Shown in pieces: positions 9,136 through 19,708 of a stretch of 64,000 nt of DNA (position 1 is the first letter of the stretch; every line of letters starts with the position of its first letter). The translations under genes and the position numbers were made by a program. The stretch covers positions 2,341 through 66,340 of the forward strand of contig JAPHRK010000035.1 in the NCBI GenBank assembly GCA_026196105.1, written 5' to 3'. Source of the DNA: Rhodospirillales bacterium. GTDB taxonomy: Bacteria > Pseudomonadota > Alphaproteobacteria > Rhodospirillales > JAPHRK01. Under the pieces are notes generated by a model. That model was not told the origin of the DNA. It did not search any database and worked only from the letters and a program-made list of their open reading frames with translations.

Positions 9136-10913
9136 CAAATTGTTTCCGATAATTCGTCAATAAATCCACTAATCACGTTCAAACCCTTCTTCCAAAAAGC
9201 GGGGTCTGAAGCATCCAGACCAAAAGGCGCCAATAATTCTTTATGACGCAAGGTTCCCCCTGCCTTAAGCATTTCCATGTACTTTTGCTCGAAACCTGGA
9301 TGACCATCTGCGAAGACGCCATAAAGGGAATTTACCAAGCAGTCACCGAAGGCATAGGCATATACGTAAAACGGTGAATGGATAAAGTGGGGAATATAGG
9401 ACCAATAATATTGGTATTCTTCATCATAACGAAAGGCCGGGCCCAAACTCTCGATTTGTATACCCATCCAAATTTCGCCAAGGCGATCAGGAGAAAGCTC
9501 TCCTTTGCGTCGTTCATCATGTACACGACGCTCGAATTCAAAAAATGCAATCTGACGTACAACTGTGTTGAGCATGTCCTCAACTTTGCCCGCCAGCATC
9601 ACCCGACGGCGTCCAGGGTCAGTCTCTGCATTGATCATGCTGCGGAAGGTCAACATCTCGCCAAAGACTGAAGCTGTCTCCGCTAAGGTCAAAGGGGTAT
9701 CAGATTGCAATTGTCCTTGCACACCCGCAAGAACCTGATGAACGCCATGGCCTAATTCATGAGCCAGCGTCATCACATCGCGGGTTTTACCATGATAGTT
9801 AAGCAAGACATAGGGATGAGCAGACGGGGTAGTTGGGTGAGCAAAAGCGCCTGGGTTTTTCCCGGCAGTTGGTGCCGCATCAATCCAGTTTTTGTCAAAG
9901 AATTGTTGAGCAATTTCAGCCATTTTTGGCTCGAAAGCGCCATAAGCGTTCAGAACTCGTTCTTTAGCTTCATTCCACGGAATTTCTGTATCATCGTCTT
10001 CAGGAAGCGGGGCATTACGATCCCAGTAATCCATTACCTCCATACCCATCCACTTAGCTTTGAGCTTATAATAGCGATGGGAGAGGTCTTCAAAAGATTC
10101 TGTAACGCTGGATACGAGCGCATCAACAACTTCATCTTCAACAAAGTTACTTAAGTTGCGTGAAGATACTGGACGCTCAAACTTACGCCACTTGTCTTCA
10201 ATTTCCTTATCCTTCGCCAACGTATTGGTAATCAAAGAGAAGGTGCGAATATTTTCGCCGAGAACTTCCCCAATAGATTTCGCCGCTTTTTTACGAGTTT
10301 CTCCGTCTTTATTGGAGAGCATGTCAAATATTTCAGAACTAGTCAGTTCTTTATCATCAACCGGAAAGCGTAAGGCCGTCATGGTTTCTTCAAAAAGCCG
10401 TACCCAAGCTGAAGAGCCTGTCACATGTTTTTCGTGGAGCATCTTCTCTAACTCATCAGACAACTGATGGTCACGATATGAACGCACATCCCTAAGCCAA
10501 GAACTGTATTTATTGACCGTAGGTTCTTTGAGCAGGTTATCTATAGCTTCATTTTCAAGGCGATTAATCTCAAGAGTAAAGAACAGGGTTTTTGTTGATA
10601 TATCTGTAACCTGCTCCTGCATATTTTGATAGAATCCTGCAATCTCAGGATCTGCCATGTTGGTTGAGAACAACAACTGGGCAAAGCTCATAACCTTAGT
10701 GAGAGTTTCGCTTAAATCTTCATAACGTACAATTGCCGCACCAAGGGCAGCACCATCAAGGTCAACAACTTTACCTTCATAATCCGCAGAAAATGAGGAA
10801 GCCGCGACATCGGCTTTTTCCAAATCGTTGATAAGTTCTGGGCTGTCATAACTTGGATAAAGGTCGGTAAGGTTCCATTCAGGAAGGTCTTGGGCAAGAG
10901 CTTGTTCGGCCAT
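9135..10913 (-). CDS. pepF: M3 family oligoendopeptidase (PepF-like)
   Basis: 592 aa with the HELGHGVH zinc-binding HExxH motif. Size is typical of oligoendopeptidase F. Confidence 0.88.
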   Translation of the reverse strand: MAEQALAQDLPEWNLTDLYPSYDSPELINDLEKADVAASSFSADYEGKVVDLDGAALGAAIVRYEDLSETLTKVMSFAQLLFSTNMADPEIAGFYQNMQEQVTDISTKTLFFTLEINRLENEAIDNLLKEPTVNKYSSWLRDVRSYRDHQLSDELEKMLHEKHVTGSSAWVRLFEETMTALRFPVDDKELTSSEIFDMLSNKDGETRKKAAKSIGEVLGENIRTFSLITNTLAKDKEIEDKWRKFERPVSSRNLSNFVEDEVVDALVSSVTESFEDLSHRYYKLKAKWMGMEVMDYWDRNAPLPEDDDTEIPWNEAKERVLNAYGAFEPKMAEIAQQFFDKNWIDAAPTAGKNPGAFAHPTTPSAHPYVLLNYHGKTRDVMTLAHELGHGVHQVLAGVQGQLQSDTPLTLAETASVFGEMLTFRSMINAETDPGRRRVMLAGKVEDMLNTVVRQIAFFEFERRVHDERRKGELSPDRLGEIWMGIQIESLGPAFRYDEEYQYYWSYIPHFIHSPFYVYAYAFGDCLVNSLYGVFADGHPGFEQKYMEMLKAGGTLRHKELLAPFGLDASDPAFWKKGLNVISGFIDELSETI

Positions 10914-10980
10914 TTAAGATCCTCGTTGTTTTTCTTCGGTAGTGTTGGGGTAGTCCTTGTCACCCGGCAAGTCAACGTCG

Positions 10981-11703
10981 TTACTCCGAGAAACCCTTAT
11001 GTTCTTCGTACCCTTGCGCGACATTTATAATCTTTCTCAACTTCTTCGTGTCTAAAACCGTAATACGACCATATTTAAACGTCAAAATTTTATCACGCCG
11101 CCACTCATTCATATGTTGGCTAACACTTTCTCTAGAAGCCCCGATCATCCTGCCAAGTTCCTCTTGTGTCAGCTTTTGATCTATCTCAACTTTCGTTTCC
11201 TCAGCGCGAGCATAGTGATCAACAAACACGAACAATTGTTTGGCGAGGCGCTCTTTGACGCCCAGAAAGGCGGCATCGTTGGCAAAGGAAAAAGTAAAGC
11301 GAATATGCTCACATAAGAACTGCACAACTGGTTGGTAGAGGTCGGGATTAGCTTTCAAGATACGCCAAAAATCACTTCGTGCGAGGTAAATCACCGTTGT
11401 TCCGGGTCTCGCAATGGCATTTGTAGGGCGCGGTCCTCCATCAATCATGGAAATCTCACCAAACCACTGCCCCGACTGCATAATTCCCAGCATAACTTCT
11501 CTGCCATCAGGGTCACTAGAGGAAAAACGTACGGCCCCTTCTAATATCCCATACAGGCCATCTACATCATCCCCTTTCGAATAGATAATCGTCGTTTTTG
11601 AGAAGTTTCGAATACGAGACGACGACCATATTTCATCGACCACGCTCAGCGGCATTTTGCTGAAAATATCGCTTTCCTGGATCAATTCTCGGGACTTGAG
11701 CAT
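10981..11703 (-). CDS. Crp/Fnr family transcriptional regulator
   Basis: cNMP-binding-like barrel (WFGEISMIDGGPR) and C-terminal HTH (QEELGRMIGASRESVSQHMNEW). There is no N-terminal Cys cluster, so it is not an Fe-S FNR. Confidence 0.88.
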   Translation of the reverse strand: MLKSRELIQESDIFSKMPLSVVDEIWSSSRIRNFSKTTIIYSKGDDVDGLYGILEGAVRFSSSDPDGREVMLGIMQSGQWFGEISMIDGGPRPTNAIARPGTTVIYLARSDFWRILKANPDLYQPVVQFLCEHIRFTFSFANDAAFLGVKERLAKQLFVFVDHYARAEETKVEIDQKLTQEELGRMIGASRESVSQHMNEWRRDKILTFKYGRITVLDTKKLRKIINVAQGYEEHKGFSE

Positions 11704-11739
11704 TTCAAAAAACCATAGCTTAGAAAAGATAATTTCACC

Positions 11740-11761
11740 AAATGTGGACTACTTCACATTT
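11740..11761. promoter_or_regulatory. CRP-type palindrome in a divergent promoter
   Basis: AAATGTGgactacttCACATTT contains TGTGG-N6-TCACA, a 9/10 match to TGTGA-N6-TCACA. It lies between the Crp-family gene and the FAD oxidase gene. Confidence 0.5.
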
Positions 11762-11818
11762 TATCTCAAGAAAATCTCCTATAACTATTTCAAATATAAA
11801 CTGGGAAGGCATTTTTTT

Positions 11819-13219
11819 ATGAGCGAGTTATTCGACACCCTACAGGGTATCCTCGGTCCAAAAGGGTTTCTAGCCGGCGATGATATCGGGGCCAGATATT
11901 ATACCGATGCTGTTGGTCTGTTAGGTGCTAAACCAGCACTTGTCCTGCGTCCAATTGATACATTCGAAGTCTCAAAAATTATGTCTGCCTGTCATGAAGC
12001 TGGACAACCCGTAACTACCCAAGGCGGGATAACAGGGCTGGTCCAAGGGGCCATTCCTGAAGAAGGTGAGATTGTTTTATCGCTGGAGCGTATGAATAAG
12101 ATCGAAGAGTTTGACGCACTTGGGGCGAACATGACGGTCCAAGCAGGGGCCATCTTACAAACTGTCCAGGAAACTGCTGAGCAACAAGACCTAACCTTCC
12201 CCCTTGATCTTGGTGCAAGAGGAAGCTGTACCATCGGAGGCAATATCTCCACCAATGCAGGGGGCAACCGGGTAATTAGGTATGGCATGACCCGGGACCT
12301 TATCCTCGGTATCGAAGCCGTGCTTGCCGATGGAACCATCATTAATGGCCTACATAAGCTGGTTAAAAATAACACAGGCTATGATCTCAAACATTTGTTT
12401 GTCGGAAGCGAAGGCACCCTTGGCATTGTCACAAGGGCAGTCTTAAAACTCTTTCCGCTCCCTAAAGGTCGTTCTGTTTCCCTATGTGGACTCAAAGATT
12501 TCAAAAGCGTCACAGCCCTTCTCCATCATACCAAAAGTGCTCTTGGCCCCTCCTTAAGTGCATTCGAGGTGATGTGGCAAAACTATTATGAGGCCACCTT
12601 CAATATTCTCACTGAAGCGCAGCACCCTGTCGAGGCTCGATATCCTTTTTATGTGTTGGTTGAGTCCATGGGAACTGACAATGACAAAGATCGTGAGGCT
12701 ATGGAAGAAGCCCTTGGGGGGGCCTTTGAAGCAAACCTGATTGAGGATGCAATCATTGCCAAGTCTGAATCAGAAATAGAGAAAATATGGGAACTCCGTG
12801 ATGTCAGTCTTGATGTTGCCATCAGCCTTAGTCCCATTCATGCTTATGACATCAGTTTACCAATCGGTGAAATGGAGTCTTTCTTTAGCCAGCTTGATGT
12901 TGATCTCGCGGCTCAATGGCCCAAACATAAATTGGTTGTCTTTGGACACTTAGGCGATGGGAATTTACATATCATCATCAATGACGGCATGGCTGAAAGT
13001 GACAAACCTGGAATTAACAACTGTGTTTATGGACTAACAGGTAAGCATCAAGGGTCAATCTCTGCAGAACATGGGATTGGCTTGCAGAAACGGGCCTATC
13101 TATCCAAATCTCGATCTGCAGAAGAAATCACTTTGATGAAATTACTTAAAAACACCATGGATCGGAAGAATATTTTAAATCCAGGAAGAATATTTGAATC
13201 TTCGGTCGAATCACCTTAA
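11819..13219 (+). CDS. FAD-binding oxidoreductase (GlcD / D-2-hydroxyacid dehydrogenase-like)
   Basis: Start moved to ATG 11819 (MSELFDTLQGILG). The longer ORF from 11657 would overlap the Crp gene and the promoter. It has a PCMH-type FAD-binding region and ends ...ISAEHGIGLQK. Confidence 0.85.
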   Translation: MSELFDTLQGILGPKGFLAGDDIGARYYTDAVGLLGAKPALVLRPIDTFEVSKIMSACHEAGQPVTTQGGITGLVQGAIPEEGEIVLSLERMNKIEEFDALGANMTVQAGAILQTVQETAEQQDLTFPLDLGARGSCTIGGNISTNAGGNRVIRYGMTRDLILGIEAVLADGTIINGLHKLVKNNTGYDLKHLFVGSEGTLGIVTRAVLKLFPLPKGRSVSLCGLKDFKSVTALLHHTKSALGPSLSAFEVMWQNYYEATFNILTEAQHPVEARYPFYVLVESMGTDNDKDREAMEEALGGAFEANLIEDAIIAKSESEIEKIWELRDVSLDVAISLSPIHAYDISLPIGEMESFFSQLDVDLAAQWPKHKLVVFGHLGDGNLHIIINDGMAESDKPGINNCVYGLTGKHQGSISAEHGIGLQKRAYLSKSRSAEEITLMKLLKNTMDRKNILNPGRIFESSVESP

Positions 13220-13276
13220 AAGTCTTGGAAACAGGCTGAACAACCACAATATACAAATAAGCTGGGAGCTTAATAA

Positions 13277-16200
13277 ATGGCGTTAACAGAAGTCTCATTA
13301 GACGATCGTTATTCCTTAGAAAAAGGCCGAGTTCTTTTAAGTGGAACTCAAGCCCTTGTACGCCTGGTTATCCTCCAACACCAACGAGACCAAAAAGCAG
13401 GGCTTAATACTGCAGGTTATGTTTCTGGCTACCGTGGTTCTCCACTTGGTAACGTTGATCGCGAAATGCTCGCCAGCGACAAGTACCTTAAAGAACACAA
13501 CATTAAATTCGAACCCGGCGTTAACGAAGATTTGGCAGCCACCGCTATTTGGGGCAGCCAGCAGGTCAACCTCTTCCCCGGTGGCAAATACGATGGGGTT
13601 TTTGGCCTGTGGTACGGCAAAGGCCCTGGCGTTGACCGCACTGGAGATGTCTTCCGTCACGGCAACCTCTCTGGCACCTCGCCTAAAGGCGGTGTTTTAG
13701 TTGTCGCTGGCGATGACCCTGCCTGTAAGTCTTCCACAGCCTATAGTCAAACTGAATATGCCTTTGTTGACGTTCAAATCCCAGTTGTTGCTCCTGCCAA
13801 TGTTCAAGAGTTCTTAGATTTTGGCATTTATGGCTATGAACTCTCCCGTTTCTCCGGCAGTTGGGTCGCCATGAAGACCGTAACGGAGAACGTTGAAAGT
13901 ACATGCTCTGTCGATGTGGACCCTGAGCGGGTTAAAATTGAAACTCCTGACGATTACGAAGGTCCTAAAGACGGTGTTTATACCCGCTGGCCTGACGCGC
14001 CCATCGCCCAAGAAGCGCGCCTTCGGCAAGCAAAACTCCCGGCGATTTACGCCTTTGCCCGTAAGAACAAAATTGATCACGTTGCTTTTGGTACCGACAC
14101 AGGGACTTTTGGTATTGTTACCGTTGGCAAAACTTATACCGATGTCCGCGAAGCCCTAGAACTCCTCGGCATTACCCAAGAAGTCGCAGAGCAAATTGGG
14201 CTAGGCGTTTATAAAGTTGGCATGCTGTGGCCTTTGGAGCCAGAAGGACTCAAAGAGTTTGCCAAAGGCCTAAAAGAGATGCTGGTGATTGAAGAAAAAC
14301 GCCCCATCTTGGAAACTCAAATCAAGTCAGAACTTTTCAATGTTCCTGACACTCAGCGTCCACTAATTATTGGCAAGCGCGATGAAACGGATACGGAAAT
14401 CCTCTCCTCCATTGGTGAGCTTTCTCCACCTGCTGTCGCTCCCGTCATTGCCGCCCGTCTTAATAAATTTTTCCAGAGCAATAATGCGGTTACCGAGAAC
14501 GTAAACAATGGCATGGCGTCAATGAATGCCAAGCTCCGCTCGCCTAACCTCCCGGCTCCCAAAATCACCCGCCTCCCCTATTTCTGTTCAGGCTGCCCCC
14601 ACAACACTTCAACCAAAGTTCCTGAAGGCTCACGAGCTGTTGCGGGTATTGGCTGCCATTTCATGGCGATTTGGATGAACCGCAGCACAGCCACCTTTAC
14701 CCATATGGGTGGTGAAGGGGCAAACTGGATTGGTCAGGCTCCCTTTACAGAACAAAAGCACGTTTTCTCTAATTTGGGTGATGGTACCTATCACCATTCA
14801 GGCCTTCTTGCTATTCGGGCGGCGGTCACATCAAACGTCAATATTACCTACAAAATCCTGTTCAATGATGCGGTCGCTATGACCGGAGGCCAAGCACACG
14901 ATAGCCACCTCACACCTATGGCAATAAGTCGCCAAGTCCACGGTGAAGGGGTCCGGCGCATTGCCGTCGTCAGCGATGAACCAGATAAGTACCCATCTAA
15001 TGCAGATTTTGCCCCTTACACCACCTTTGACCACCGTCGTGATTTAGACAAAATCCAAAAAGAGCTGCGAGATATAGAAGGCGTCACCGTCCTCATTTAT
15101 GACCAAACCTGTGCAGCAGAGAAAAGACGTCGCCGTAAAAGAGGCACCTTCCCTGACCCCGCTAAGCGCCTGTTTATCAATGATGCAGTTTGCGATGGTT
15201 GCGGTGACTGCGGCATTGTTTCAAACTGTGTGTCTCTCACCCCTGTGGATACCCCCTTAGGCCGCAAACGGGCCATTGATCAATCTTCCTGCAACAAAGA
15301 TTACAGTTGTGTCGATGGTTTCTGCCCTAGCTTTGTCACCGTGTATGGCGGACAATTGAAGAAAAAAGCCGGAACTGGCAACACAGCTGAAAAAGCAGGA
15401 ATTCCTCTTCCTGGAGCCCCTACTCTTCCAGTTATTGATAAAACATACGGCATCATCATCACCGGGATTGGTGGCACTGGTGTCGTCACCATTGGGGCAA
15501 TTTTGGGCATGGCAGCTCATATTGAAGGCAAGGGTGTCACCACCTTTGATCTCACAGGCTTGGCCCAAAAGAACGGCCCTGTGGTTTGTCACTTGAAAGT
15601 GGCGAATAGCCCTGAGGATATTCTTTCTGTTCCCATTGGCCCAGGACAGGCTGACGCCATTATTGGCTGCGATATGGTTACCACCGGGAACCAAGAAGCC
15701 CTATCAAAGATGAACTCGGCCAATACAAAAGCCGTGGTGAATGCCCAGCAAACCATGACGGCTGAGTTTACTGGCAACAAAGATATGGTTTTCCCTGACC
15801 AAGAATTGCGCGATGCTATTGATGCCAGTTGCGGCGGCGGAGTTGATTTCATCAATGCCTCACAACTCGCAACTGCCCTGCTCGGCGACTCAATTGCCAG
15901 CAACCTCTTTATGGTCGGTTTTGCCTGGCAAAAAGGCATGTTACCCATCTCTGAAGAAGCCATCATGAAGTCTATTGAGCTCAACGGCGTTGCTGTCGAC
16001 TTCAATAAACGAGCTTTTGCATGGGGACGACGGACAGCTGATACCCCTGAAAAAGTCATTGAGATTGTTGAACTACCAGAAGCCGATAAAGACAAAGAAG
16101 AACCAACTTTAGAAGAGGTTATCTCCTATCGCTCTGATTATCTCACCCAATACCAAAACCAAACCTACGCCAAACGCTACGAAGCCTTTGTCGCTAAAGT

Positions 16201-16753
16201 TAATGTTGTTGACGCTGGCAAGAGTGAGCTAAGTAAAGCCGTTGCTCATAACCTCTTTAAACTGATGGCTTACAAGGATGAATATGAGGTTGCGCGCCTT
16301 TATACCGATCCGGCGTTCTTAGAGAAAATTAGAGATAAGTTTGAAGGCGATTATACCATATCCTTCAACATGGCCCCTCCCCTCCTTGCGGCCAAAGACG
16401 AAAACACAGGTCACTTGCTCAAGAAAGAGTTTGGCCCCTGGATGATGAAAGCCTTTGGTATTTTGTCTAAACTAAAAGGTTTGCGCGGCACAGCTCTTGA
16501 TATCTTCGGCAGAACCGACGAACGACGCATGGAACGGCAACTGATCACGGATTATGAAACCCTCATAGAAGGTCTTCTTAAAGGCCTTAACGATAAGAAC
16601 TACGATACAGCCGTTCAGCTTGCTTCTTTGCCTAACGACATTCGTGGATTTGGGCATATCAAAGAAGGCAATGTCACCGTCTATAAACAAAAACAAGGCA
16701 AGTTACTAAATGAATTCAACAACCCAACACCTCAAGCTCAAGCAGCAGAGTAA
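13277..16753 (+). CDS. indolepyruvate ferredoxin oxidoreductase family protein (fused IorA/IorB type)
   Basis: 1158 aa with an N-terminal TPP-enzyme region and the Cys cluster CDGCGDCGIVSNC. The size and architecture are typical of the fused bacterial form. Confidence 0.88.
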   Translation: MALTEVSLDDRYSLEKGRVLLSGTQALVRLVILQHQRDQKAGLNTAGYVSGYRGSPLGNVDREMLASDKYLKEHNIKFEPGVNEDLAATAIWGSQQVNLFPGGKYDGVFGLWYGKGPGVDRTGDVFRHGNLSGTSPKGGVLVVAGDDPACKSSTAYSQTEYAFVDVQIPVVAPANVQEFLDFGIYGYELSRFSGSWVAMKTVTENVESTCSVDVDPERVKIETPDDYEGPKDGVYTRWPDAPIAQEARLRQAKLPAIYAFARKNKIDHVAFGTDTGTFGIVTVGKTYTDVREALELLGITQEVAEQIGLGVYKVGMLWPLEPEGLKEFAKGLKEMLVIEEKRPILETQIKSELFNVPDTQRPLIIGKRDETDTEILSSIGELSPPAVAPVIAARLNKFFQSNNAVTENVNNGMASMNAKLRSPNLPAPKITRLPYFCSGCPHNTSTKVPEGSRAVAGIGCHFMAIWMNRSTATFTHMGGEGANWIGQAPFTEQKHVFSNLGDGTYHHSGLLAIRAAVTSNVNITYKILFNDAVAMTGGQAHDSHLTPMAISRQVHGEGVRRIAVVSDEPDKYPSNADFAPYTTFDHRRDLDKIQKELRDIEGVTVLIYDQTCAAEKRRRRKRGTFPDPAKRLFINDAVCDGCGDCGIVSNCVSLTPVDTPLGRKRAIDQSSCNKDYSCVDGFCPSFVTVYGGQLKKKAGTGNTAEKAGIPLPGAPTLPVIDKTYGIIITGIGGTGVVTIGAILGMAAHIEGKGVTTFDLTGLAQKNGPVVCHLKVANSPEDILSVPIGPGQADAIIGCDMVTTGNQEALSKMNSANTKAVVNAQQTMTAEFTGNKDMVFPDQELRDAIDASCGGGVDFINASQLATALLGDSIASNLFMVGFAWQKGMLPISEEAIMKSIELNGVAVDFNKRAFAWGRRTADTPEKVIEIVELPEADKDKEEPTLEEVISYRSDYLTQYQNQTYAKRYEAFVAKVNVVDAGKSELSKAVAHNLFKLMAYKDEYEVARLYTDPAFLEKIRDKFEGDYTISFNMAPPLLAAKDENTGHLLKKEFGPWMMKAFGILSKLKGLRGTALDIFGRTDERRMERQLITDYETLIEGLLKGLNDKNYDTAVQLASLPNDIRGFGHIKEGNVTVYKQKQGKLLNEFNNPTPQAQAAE

Positions 16754-16756
16754 CAG

Positions 16757-17635
16757 TTAGCCCAACACGAACCAAATCAACAGAGGAAGGGTTGCGAAGG
16801 ATATGAAAGTTGAGATCACCACCATTCCAGCGACCTCTTCGGGATCGTTGTTGTAACGCATGGCAAAGAGGTAGTTGAAGACAGCGACGGGCATAGCGCT
16901 TTCAACGATAACGACGCCCCATTGCATGCCTTCTAACTGGAAGGCCTCAGCAACGCCTAACCCCACTGCAAACCCCATCACGAGACGAACAACAGAGAAG
17001 AACAAACCTCTTTTGAGGCCTGCAATCTTGAGACTTGAGAGAGATATTCCTAATGTAATCAACATAATAGGAACAGTCATACCACCAAGGATTTCCGTCG
17101 TACTCGCAATCCAAGCTGGTGGTTTCATATCCATGAATAAGAAAAATATTGCCCCAGCTAAAGCGTAATTCAAGGGAGAACGAGCGAGATCTTTAAAGGA
17201 TGTTTGCCCTGAAGAGATTGCTTGCCCAATAGTAAATTGGGTTAAAGCTGCCATGGTGAAATAAACAACCGCAAGAGCAAGCCCAACATCACCAAAAGCC
17301 AACAGGCACAGTGGAAGCCCCATATTGCCTGTATTCGGAAACATTAAACAGGGCAGATAAGCCCGAATATTGGCGCCAGATACTTTAACAATAACGTAGC
17401 CAATTATTCCGAATGCCGCTAAAGAGACCGTTGAATAAAGCGCCATATCAGCCAACACGGTTCGGTCTAAATCAACCTTAGTCAGGGCAGAGAAAACCAA
17501 ACAGGGTACCCCGATAAGGGTAACCATAGTTGTGACCATCTCTGTATCATATGAACGCCCACTACGAGCCCAGCCGTAACCAATCCCAGCACAAATAAAG
17601 ATCGGTGCAACAACAGAAAAGAGTTGGTAAAGCAC
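16757..17635 (-). CDS. AEC (auxin efflux carrier) family transporter
   Basis: 292-aa polytopic membrane protein with a GTG start, 10 nt downstream of pyk on the same strand. Confidence 0.8.
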   Translation of the reverse strand: MLYQLFSVVAPIFICAGIGYGWARSGRSYDTEMVTTMVTLIGVPCLVFSALTKVDLDRTVLADMALYSTVSLAAFGIIGYVIVKVSGANIRAYLPCLMFPNTGNMGLPLCLLAFGDVGLALAVVYFTMAALTQFTIGQAISSGQTSFKDLARSPLNYALAGAIFFLFMDMKPPAWIASTTEILGGMTVPIMLITLGISLSSLKIAGLKRGLFFSVVRLVMGFAVGLGVAEAFQLEGMQWGVVIVESAMPVAVFNYLFAMRYNNDPEEVAGMVVISTFISFATLPLLIWFVLG

Positions 17636-17645
17636 TTGAGAAGGT

Positions 17646-19061
17646 TTACTCGATATCTAGAATGCGCAACGCATTCGTCGTACCCGGAACCCCAAAAGGT
17701 ACCCCGGCAGTCACAATTATCCTATCACCGGACTTAGTAAATTCTTCCTCATTCGCAACGCGTTCTGCCGTCGCCACAACATCAGAGAAACTCTTCACAT
17801 CATGGATTTCAACGGAATGAACGCCCCACACTAAAGACATATAACGGGCAGTATCCTCATTCGGCGTTAAACCTAGAATTGGAACAGAAGGTCTTTCTTT
17901 TGCCATCCGTGAAGTCGTCGAACCACTCGTTGAAAAAGTCACAATTGCTGAAGCGGAAATTGTTTCTGCTGCTTGGCTGGCAGCTGCGGTAATCGCATCA
18001 GCTGTTGTAGCCTTACGGAAAGAAAGGTCTTCACCCGTAAGCTTCTTAGAAAATTCATTATTTTCGGCTTTACGAATAATACGGTCCATCAAGGAAACAG
18101 ATTCCAGTGGATAATCCCCTGAGGCTGTTTCCGCAGAAAGCATCACCGCATCAGCCCCATCGAACACAGCAGTTGCCACATCCGAAGCTTCTGCCCTGGT
18201 TGGTGTCGGTGCATGAACCATTGAATCTAACATCTGAGTCGCGACGACCACAGGTTTGCCTTTTCTCAGGCAAGTTCTGATAATTCGTTTTTGCAAGCCG
18301 GGAACATCTTCAGGTGGCAATTCGACACCTAAATCACCACGAGCGACCATAATAGCATCAGAAAGATGGACGATCCTGTCCAATTGGCGAATAGCAGAAG
18401 GTTTTTCAAGCTTCGCCATAATCTTGGCTTGATCCCCGACCAGCTCTCTGAGCTCAAGGACATCTGAGGGTTTCTGGACAAATGACAGCGCAACCCAATC
18501 AACACCCATCTTCAATCCAAATTCGAGATCACATCTATCCTTTTCAGTGAGAACAGAAAGTGGGAGGACGGCATCAGGGACATTCACCCCTTTGCGGTCA
18601 GACAGAACACCCCCATTTATCACCATGGTTTCCGCATAATCTTTACCGCAACGTTCAACTCTTAAACGGAGTTTTCCGTCATCAAGAAGCAAATTTGCTC
18701 CTGGTTCCAAACATTCAAAGATTTCTGGATGAGGTAATCTTACTCGGCGGCTGTTGCCGGGGGTTTCAACAGAATCTAATCGGAAGAGATTTCCCGGCGT
18801 GAGCTTTGTTTCACCGCCATGGAAATCAGCAACCCTTAGCTTTGGACCTTGTAAGTCCATCAAGACAGCAATGGGTCTGCCTGAGTCTTTCTCAAGCTTA
18901 CGAATCATCTGATAGCGTTGAAAATGCTCATCGTGAGTACCGTGGCTAAAATTAAGACGAAAGACATCGGCGCCAGCCATAAATAGTTCAGCGATACGAG
19001 GCATCGTATTAACAGCGGGGCCTAAAGTGGCTATGATTTTTGCGTTTCGGGTTCTTCTCAT
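17646..19061 (-). CDS. pyk: pyruvate kinase
   Basis: 471 aa with the N-terminus RRTRNAKIIATLGP. MVARGDLGVE and the remaining conserved PK motifs are present. Confidence 0.93.
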   Translation of the reverse strand: MRRTRNAKIIATLGPAVNTMPRIAELFMAGADVFRLNFSHGTHDEHFQRYQMIRKLEKDSGRPIAVLMDLQGPKLRVADFHGGETKLTPGNLFRLDSVETPGNSRRVRLPHPEIFECLEPGANLLLDDGKLRLRVERCGKDYAETMVINGGVLSDRKGVNVPDAVLPLSVLTEKDRCDLEFGLKMGVDWVALSFVQKPSDVLELRELVGDQAKIMAKLEKPSAIRQLDRIVHLSDAIMVARGDLGVELPPEDVPGLQKRIIRTCLRKGKPVVVATQMLDSMVHAPTPTRAEASDVATAVFDGADAVMLSAETASGDYPLESVSLMDRIIRKAENNEFSKKLTGEDLSFRKATTADAITAAASQAAETISASAIVTFSTSGSTTSRMAKERPSVPILGLTPNEDTARYMSLVWGVHSVEIHDVKSFSDVVATAERVANEEEFTKSGDRIIVTAGVPFGVPGTTNALRILDIE

Positions 19062-19214
19062 GGGGTATGAAATACGACTGCTGAAGGGTTTAATCTAGAA
19101 CTTTCTATTATTTGTATACATATGAAAGGTTACAAAATAATTTCAGTATTTGTTTATATTATTGTTTTAGGTTTAGCATAATAACACAGAACTAACGGAA
19201 CCCCCTTGTGAACC

Positions 19215-19670
19215 ATGGCGAATTTTTTCTCTAAAATCTTCTTTTCTGTCTTCATGGATAAAAGCGCACGTGAAACTATGGAACGGCGCCAAGAGGCCAA
19301 AAGAAAGCTTAATTCTCCTGAGCTTTTTGCCGAAAAGAAAGACACTGACAAACCTATCCAACAACCACCTAAACCACAGCCAACAGCGGCCGTTCCACGC
19401 CACCAACGGCCTCTTAAAGGGGTTACCCAAGAGGAAGAACAAGTCGCGGCTCTCTTGGCTCAAAAAATTGCCTCTGCTGAAGATTCCATCGCAGATCGAG
19501 TCTTGAAGAAAAAATCCATGTCGGGTGAACGAGGGGAGTTAATCATGAATGCTCTTCGCATCCAAAAAGCAAAATCGGATGTATTTAATGAGCTTAGTGA
19601 TGAAGAATTTCGCAAACTTCAAGGTCTTGCACAAAAAATGATGCTTGGCGGAACCCCTAAAGGCGGATAA
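19215..19670 (+). CDS. hypothetical Lys/Glu-rich protein
   Basis: 151-aa ORF with a coherent helical C-terminal half ([36 protein letters not shown]). No family recognised, the RBS is weak, and two antisense ORFs compete. Confidence 0.45.
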   Translation: MANFFSKIFFSVFMDKSARETMERRQEAKRKLNSPELFAEKKDTDKPIQQPPKPQPTAAVPRHQRPLKGVTQEEEQVAALLAQKIASAEDSIADRVLKKKSMSGERGELIMNALRIQKAKSDVFNELSDEEFRKLQGLAQKMMLGGTPKGG

Positions 19671-19708
19671 GAAACACCCTCAACACAAATATCCAAAGGT
19701 TTCTTCTG

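Noticed and set aside
11657-11818. N-terminal extension of the FAD oxidase ORF starting at 11657
   Set aside because: It would overlap the Crp-family gene start and the palindromic operator. The translated extension (LKISLSWINSRDLSISKNHS...) is AT-rich nonsense. ATG 11819 yields a typical enzyme N-terminus.
15257-16095. 145-aa and 168-aa ORFs antisense within the indolepyruvate oxidoreductase-family gene
   Set aside because: They are embedded in an uninterrupted 1158-aa ORF with clear enzyme motifs. Their composition suggests frame shadows.
19154-19463. 65-aa and 96-aa minus-strand ORFs overlapping the 5' half of the 19215-19670 ORF
   Set aside because: They are shorter, with no RBS or recognisable motif. 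The plus-strand ORF is longer and has a coherent helical C-terminal half. The whole locus nonetheless remains low confidence.
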